Shown here piece after piece: positions 27,183 through 31,242 of a stretch of 31,242 nucleotides of DNA (positions are counted from its first letter, which is position 1; each line of letters opens with the position of its first letter). The notes under the pieces were generated by a model. It did not search any database and had not been told where the DNA came from. It saw nothing but the letters and a program-made list of their open reading frames with translations. A program made the translations under genes and the position numbers. Origin of the DNA: an uncultured Flavobacteriales bacterium (GTDB taxonomy: Bacteria > Bacteroidota > Bacteroidia > Flavobacteriales_D > Crocinitomicaceae); assembly GCA_913031405.1 (NCBI GenBank), contig CAJWCX010000001.1, positions 1 through 31,242 on the forward strand. The letters are read 5' to 3'.

Positions 27183-28574
27183 ATGAGAAAAACAAAGTCC
27201 CTTACGAATAATTTGGACTGGCCTTTATTGATTGGCTTTCTTACATTGATCTGTTTTGGCTTAATGACTATTTATTCCGTGGCCTTCAATGATGAAAGCC
27301 CAAGTATTTTTAGCTTTTCTGAGAAATACGGAAAACAGATTATGTGGATTTGTTTGTCGCTTTTTCTTGGGGTAATCGTTTTTCTAATCGATTCTGATAT
27401 TTACAAGAAATTTGCCCTTCCTGTTTATTTTGTAACACTTGGATTGTTGGTTCTTGTATTATTTATGCCGCCAATTAATGGTGCCAGAGCTTGGTTAGGT
27501 ATTGGAAGCATGGGAATACAACCCGCAGAATTTGCAAAAACCTCAACGGCATTATTGCTGGCAAGGTATATAGGAGGCTTAAATCTTAAACAATTAAACT
27601 CAAAAAAAGTATTCATAGCGCTTATCATTATTGTTATACCCATGGCTTTGATTCTGCTTCAACCAGACGCGGGAACATTTATTGTCTTTACCGCCTTTTT
27701 TTTCGTTTTGTACCGTGAAGGCTTAACGTTTGACCCTTTTATTTTAAATTTCATCAATTTAATACCAAAAGTGAAATATAAAAGTACCTGGATTGGAAGC
27801 CATTTTATTCCGATACTATTTGTTTTGGTTTTTTTGTCTCTACTCACCCTTTTGCTGGGACATAAAAATATCGGCATTATTCCCGGGGTGCCTTTATACG
27901 GTTCTCTTGGAATCATTGTGAGTCTTCTGCTGATATCTATCGCTGGAATTTTATTTGTACAAAAGTTCGGAACAAAACGAGAACTTAAAAAAGTTCGTTT
28001 AATCATTATCTTGTCTTTTATCGTTGCCAGCTTTACCTCCTTTATTGTGGAATATTCTTTTGTTCAAATAGCAGATCATCAAAAAGACAGAATAGAACTT
28101 TTTCTCGGGCTAAAAGAAGACCCAAACGGCAAAGACTATAATCGAAATCGTGCAATGGCGGCGGTGGGCTCCGGAGGGTTTATTGGCAAAGGGTACAAAA
28201 ATGCATCCGTTTCTAGTGTAAAAACTAATCATGTTCCGGAAAGTGAAACCGATTTTATATTTTGTCCTTATGCTGAAGAGTGGGGGTTTTTAGGGTCGAT
28301 AGTACTATTGTTTCTATACCTTTTTGTAATTATACGAATTCTTATTATTGCTGAGCGACAACGCTCTTCTTTCAATCGAATATATGCTTATTCTGTGGGC
28401 ATGTTTTTCTTTTATCATTTTGCTATTAACATAGGAATGAACATCGGTTTTGCACCTGTAATAGGTATCCCGTTACCATTCTTTAGTTATGGCGGATCTT
28501 CGATGATGTCTTTTTCGATAATGGTTTTTATCTTGTTAAAATTAGATAGCCAAAGAAGACACGTACTGAGATAA
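27183..28574 (+). CDS. rodA: SEDS peptidoglycan glycosyltransferase RodA
   Basis: GARAW..IQPAEFAK, LQPDAGT, VGSGG..GKG, PESETDFIF..EEWGF, GIPLPFFSYGGSS. Confidence 0.96.
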   Translation: MRKTKSLTNNLDWPLLIGFLTLICFGLMTIYSVAFNDESPSIFSFSEKYGKQIMWICLSLFLGVIVFLIDSDIYKKFALPVYFVTLGLLVLVLFMPPINGARAWLGIGSMGIQPAEFAKTSTALLLARYIGGLNLKQLNSKKVFIALIIIVIPMALILLQPDAGTFIVFTAFFFVLYREGLTFDPFILNFINLIPKVKYKSTWIGSHFIPILFVLVFLSLLTLLLGHKNIGIIPGVPLYGSLGIIVSLLLISIAGILFVQKFGTKRELKKVRLIIILSFIVASFTSFIVEYSFVQIADHQKDRIELFLGLKEDPNGKDYNRNRAMAAVGSGGFIGKGYKNASVSSVKTNHVPESETDFIFCPYAEEWGFLGSIVLLFLYLFVIIRILIIAERQRSSFNRIYAYSVGMFFFYHFAINIGMNIGFAPVIGIPLPFFSYGGSSMMSFSIMVFILLKLDSQRRHVLR

Positions 28575-28590
28575 ATTGTAATTTTAACTT

Positions 28591-31146
28591 ATGGCAGAAA
28601 ATAAAGCTTCTATATCTAAAAAGGAAAAAGCCATTTTAACCTTCGTTTTTTGGTTTGGAATGCTTCTTCCTATGATGTTGGTTTTCTCCATCTATTTGAT
28701 GCAGTCCGAGGACGACCTCCCCCCTGTTTCTATGCTGGATAATCCTCCAGAATTATTAGCTTCAGAGGTAATCGCCAAGACTGAAACAGGGCAAGACACT
28801 ATTATAGGACACTATTGGAAGATTAATCGCTCAAGTGTAAAGTATCGAGAAATTTCACCTTATGTCATCGATGCATTGATATCTACGGAAGATGAGCGCT
28901 TTTATGAACATTCGGGTATTGATTTTAGAGCTTTGGTTCGTGCTGCCTCTTCTGGTGGAAAATCTGGCGGGGCTTCTACAATAACACAACAATTGGCCAA
29001 ACAGCTTTTTACACTTCAAAAGCGTGCAAAAGAGAGAGAAAATGGTTCAAAGGAATCAGTTAGAATTAGCACTTTCAGTAGAATTCATGAAAAAGCACAA
29101 GAACACATTATTGCTACTCGACTTGAACAGCGATATACAAAAGAAGAAATTATTACCATGTATTTAAATCAATTTGATTTCTTATACAATGCTGTAGGAA
29201 TAGAAAGTGCCGCAAAGGTTTATTTTAACAAATCAGCCATTGAACTCTCAAAAAATGAAGCTGCGATTCTTGTTGGTATGTGTAAAAACCCTAGTCTTTA
29301 CAACCCTTTTTCATACAAAAACAAGAATTATGCGACTAAAATCGCCCTAAAAAGGAATATTGCTGTTTCTAATGTTTCACTGAAGGAAATTCGAGAGGCA
29401 AAAGCAAAGGATTCTAGCCGTTCTATTGAGCGAAGAAACCAAGTTTTGTATCAATGGCTAAGAAATAGTGAAAACAACAATGTGTCAATCAAAAATAAAC
29501 TGACCAGAAAAGAATACGAAAAACTATGTAAAGAACCCATAATTGTGGATTACCACTCCGTGGACCATAAAGAAGGAATGGCTCCTTATTTTCGAATTGA
29601 ATTGAAAAAAGAGGTTCAAGGCCTTCTTAAAAGAAAAAACAACAGTGGGAAATACATCCATGCCAAAAGGGATGGTACGCCATATGACATCTACGAAGAC
29701 GGGCTAAAAATATACACGACCATCAATACATCTCTTCAACAAAAAGCTGAGGATGCTTTAGTACAGCATCTTAGTGGATCTGACCCGAGCGGTATAAATA
29801 AGAGGGTGAAATCATGGCAAGAACGTTTTGATAAAACCATTAGATACAAAAAGAAAAAATACCCCTTTTTGAAAAGCACCCCTGATAAAACAATAAAAAA
29901 TCACCTGCGGAAAAGGGTAAGGGGAAGCAGGAGATACTCAAGTCTTAAACGGGCGGGTGTTGCTGAGTCAGAAATTCTCAAAATTTTTGACAGTCCAAAA
30001 GAAATGCGTGTTTTTACTTGGAGAGGAGAAGTAGACACCGTAATGACCCCAAATGACTCTATTGTTCACATGCTTTCTTTTCTGCAAAGCGGATTAATTT
30101 CTTTAGAACCTAAAACAGGGTTTGTCCGGGCCTGGGTAGGTGGGATTAATTTCAAATACTTTGAGGACGATCAGGTGAGAAAAGTGAAACGTCAAGTGGG
30201 TTCAACCATTAAACCCTTTATTTATGCCACTGCTCTCGAGCTAGGAAGTGTAAAACCTTGCACGAAATTTACAAAAGAGGACTGTCAGGTCATTGAAGTT
30301 GATAATAGTGGAAAGATTGTAGAAAAGGATCAGAATCCTTACATCCCTAATTTCAAGAACATGGACAATGTCGATTGGATGGCAAGAGACGGCCTTTTAG
30401 AAAATGGACTTATTCAATCCAATAATCCAACCACCGCTGCTGTTTTTGGAAGTATGGGTCCAGTGAACTCCAGCCTTGAAATTGGAGGGCCGTTTCAATT
30501 AGACAAGCTGTTAAAAAAAATGAACATTTTCATCCCTCGTGATCAATTGGTGCCGTCTATGTGCTTGGGAACTATGGACCTTTCACTGTATGAACTGGTT
30601 GCTGCACAGTGTGTTTTTGTAAATAATGGCGTCTTCACCAAACCCACCATTATTGAGCGTATTGAGGATAGAAATGGGAAGGTTATATACAATGCAGAGC
30701 AAGAAACGGAGCAAGTTTTGAGCCCTGGTGTAGCATACGAGGTATTGAAACTCATGAAGGGGGTTGTTCAAAGAGGAACTGGGGCTAGCCTGAGAGGTAG
30801 CTATAATCCATGGGGAGGCATCACTTATCCAACGGCTGGCAAAACCGGAACAACCCAAGGGAATGCGGTTGGTTTATTTATGGGGCTAACACCGGATTTG
30901 GTAACCGGTGTAAGTACAGGGGGAATGTTTAAAGAAATTGCTTTTGAATTTACAAGTGACGGTCAGGGTGCTCGAATGGCACTTCCTATCTATGGATATT
31001 ACATGCAAAAAATATATGCTGATCGTGGAATAAAAATATCAAGAGAGGATTTTATGGAGCCATTGGATTATATTCCAGAACGATTTGAATGTGAGGAAGA
31101 GCCGCTTCCCATAATTGATTTAGATACTGATTTTGGTGAATTTTAA
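28591..31146 (+). CDS. Class A penicillin-binding protein (GT51 transglycosylase plus transpeptidase, PBP1A-like)
   Basis: TEDERFYEHSGID, GASTITQQLAK, KEEIITMYLN; transpeptidase GSTIKP, SNN, KTGTT. Confidence 0.93.
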   Translation: MAENKASISKKEKAILTFVFWFGMLLPMMLVFSIYLMQSEDDLPPVSMLDNPPELLASEVIAKTETGQDTIIGHYWKINRSSVKYREISPYVIDALISTEDERFYEHSGIDFRALVRAASSGGKSGGASTITQQLAKQLFTLQKRAKERENGSKESVRISTFSRIHEKAQEHIIATRLEQRYTKEEIITMYLNQFDFLYNAVGIESAAKVYFNKSAIELSKNEAAILVGMCKNPSLYNPFSYKNKNYATKIALKRNIAVSNVSLKEIREAKAKDSSRSIERRNQVLYQWLRNSENNNVSIKNKLTRKEYEKLCKEPIIVDYHSVDHKEGMAPYFRIELKKEVQGLLKRKNNSGKYIHAKRDGTPYDIYEDGLKIYTTINTSLQQKAEDALVQHLSGSDPSGINKRVKSWQERFDKTIRYKKKKYPFLKSTPDKTIKNHLRKRVRGSRRYSSLKRAGVAESEILKIFDSPKEMRVFTWRGEVDTVMTPNDSIVHMLSFLQSGLISLEPKTGFVRAWVGGINFKYFEDDQVRKVKRQVGSTIKPFIYATALELGSVKPCTKFTKEDCQVIEVDNSGKIVEKDQNPYIPNFKNMDNVDWMARDGLLENGLIQSNNPTTAAVFGSMGPVNSSLEIGGPFQLDKLLKKMNIFIPRDQLVPSMCLGTMDLSLYELVAAQCVFVNNGVFTKPTIIERIEDRNGKVIYNAEQETEQVLSPGVAYEVLKLMKGVVQRGTGASLRGSYNPWGGITYPTAGKTGTTQGNAVGLFMGLTPDLVTGVSTGGMFKEIAFEFTSDGQGARMALPIYGYYMQKIYADRGIKISREDFMEPLDYIPERFECEEEPLPIIDLDTDFGEF

Positions 31147-31149
31147 AAT

Positions 31150-31242
31150 ATGAATAAAGTAATAAATAACGTAACAGATGCCGTTCGAGGCATTGAAGAT
31201 AACATGACACTCATGCTCGGTGGGTTTGGTCTTTGTGGGATT
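31150..31242 (+). CDS. scoA: 3-oxoacid (succinyl-CoA) CoA-transferase subunit A, 5' fragment running off the window
   Basis: Manual translation MNKVINNVTDAVRGIEDNMTLMLGGFGLCGI; GGFGLCGI is the family I CoA-transferase alpha signature. Confidence 0.85.
   Translation, partial: MNKVINNVTDAVRGIEDNMTLMLGGFGLCGI

Noticed and set aside
2554-30858. The many short nested or antisense ORFs in the track (e.g. 2554-2859, 4858-5082, 7720-8070, 13879-14223, 17720-17986, 27659-28006, 30583-30858)
   Set aside because: All lie within well-supported conserved genes on the opposite strand or in another frame, and have no motif support
1-31242. tRNA/rRNA genes, CRISPR arrays, IS elements, prophage or defence genes
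   Set aside because: Intergenic gaps are short and AT-rich, with no cloverleaf, repeat-spacer array, transposase, integrase or defence-family motif seen

Overview
Bacteroidota chromosomal window, probably Flavobacteriales. This is inferred from a T9SS type-B C-terminal domain, TAnnTTTG promoter elements and the purH-mreBCD-mrdA-rodA gene order. Content is mostly housekeeping: M20 dipeptidase, LEA_2 lipoprotein, polA, rseP, paaZ, hflX, lepA, an FAD oxidoreductase, a ComF-family gene, nrdA, purH, the mreBCD-mrdA-rodA-PBP1A cluster and the start of a CoA-transferase alpha subunit. No rRNA, tRNA, CRISPR array or mobile element was recognised. Three elements absent from the ORF track were found by manual translation: a >717-aa T9SS-secreted choice-of-anchor L surface protein running off the left edge, a decayed ABM-family monooxygenase pseudogene directly after paaZ, and the partial CoA-transferase at the right edge. 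The strongest signal is the class I ribonucleotide reductase alpha gene. It keeps a full-length ORF and its active-site cysteines. However, it has lost one radical-transfer tyrosine (KTGMYYLRT to KTGMYNLRT), ends at a premature stop before a decayed CxxC tail that is still visible in-frame, and has no adjacent nrdB. It is a candidate pseudoenzyme or a decaying paralog. A conserved hypothetical protein with PI3K/PI4K/HipA-like catalytic motifs is the second candidate. All family assignments are by eye; no database searches were run.
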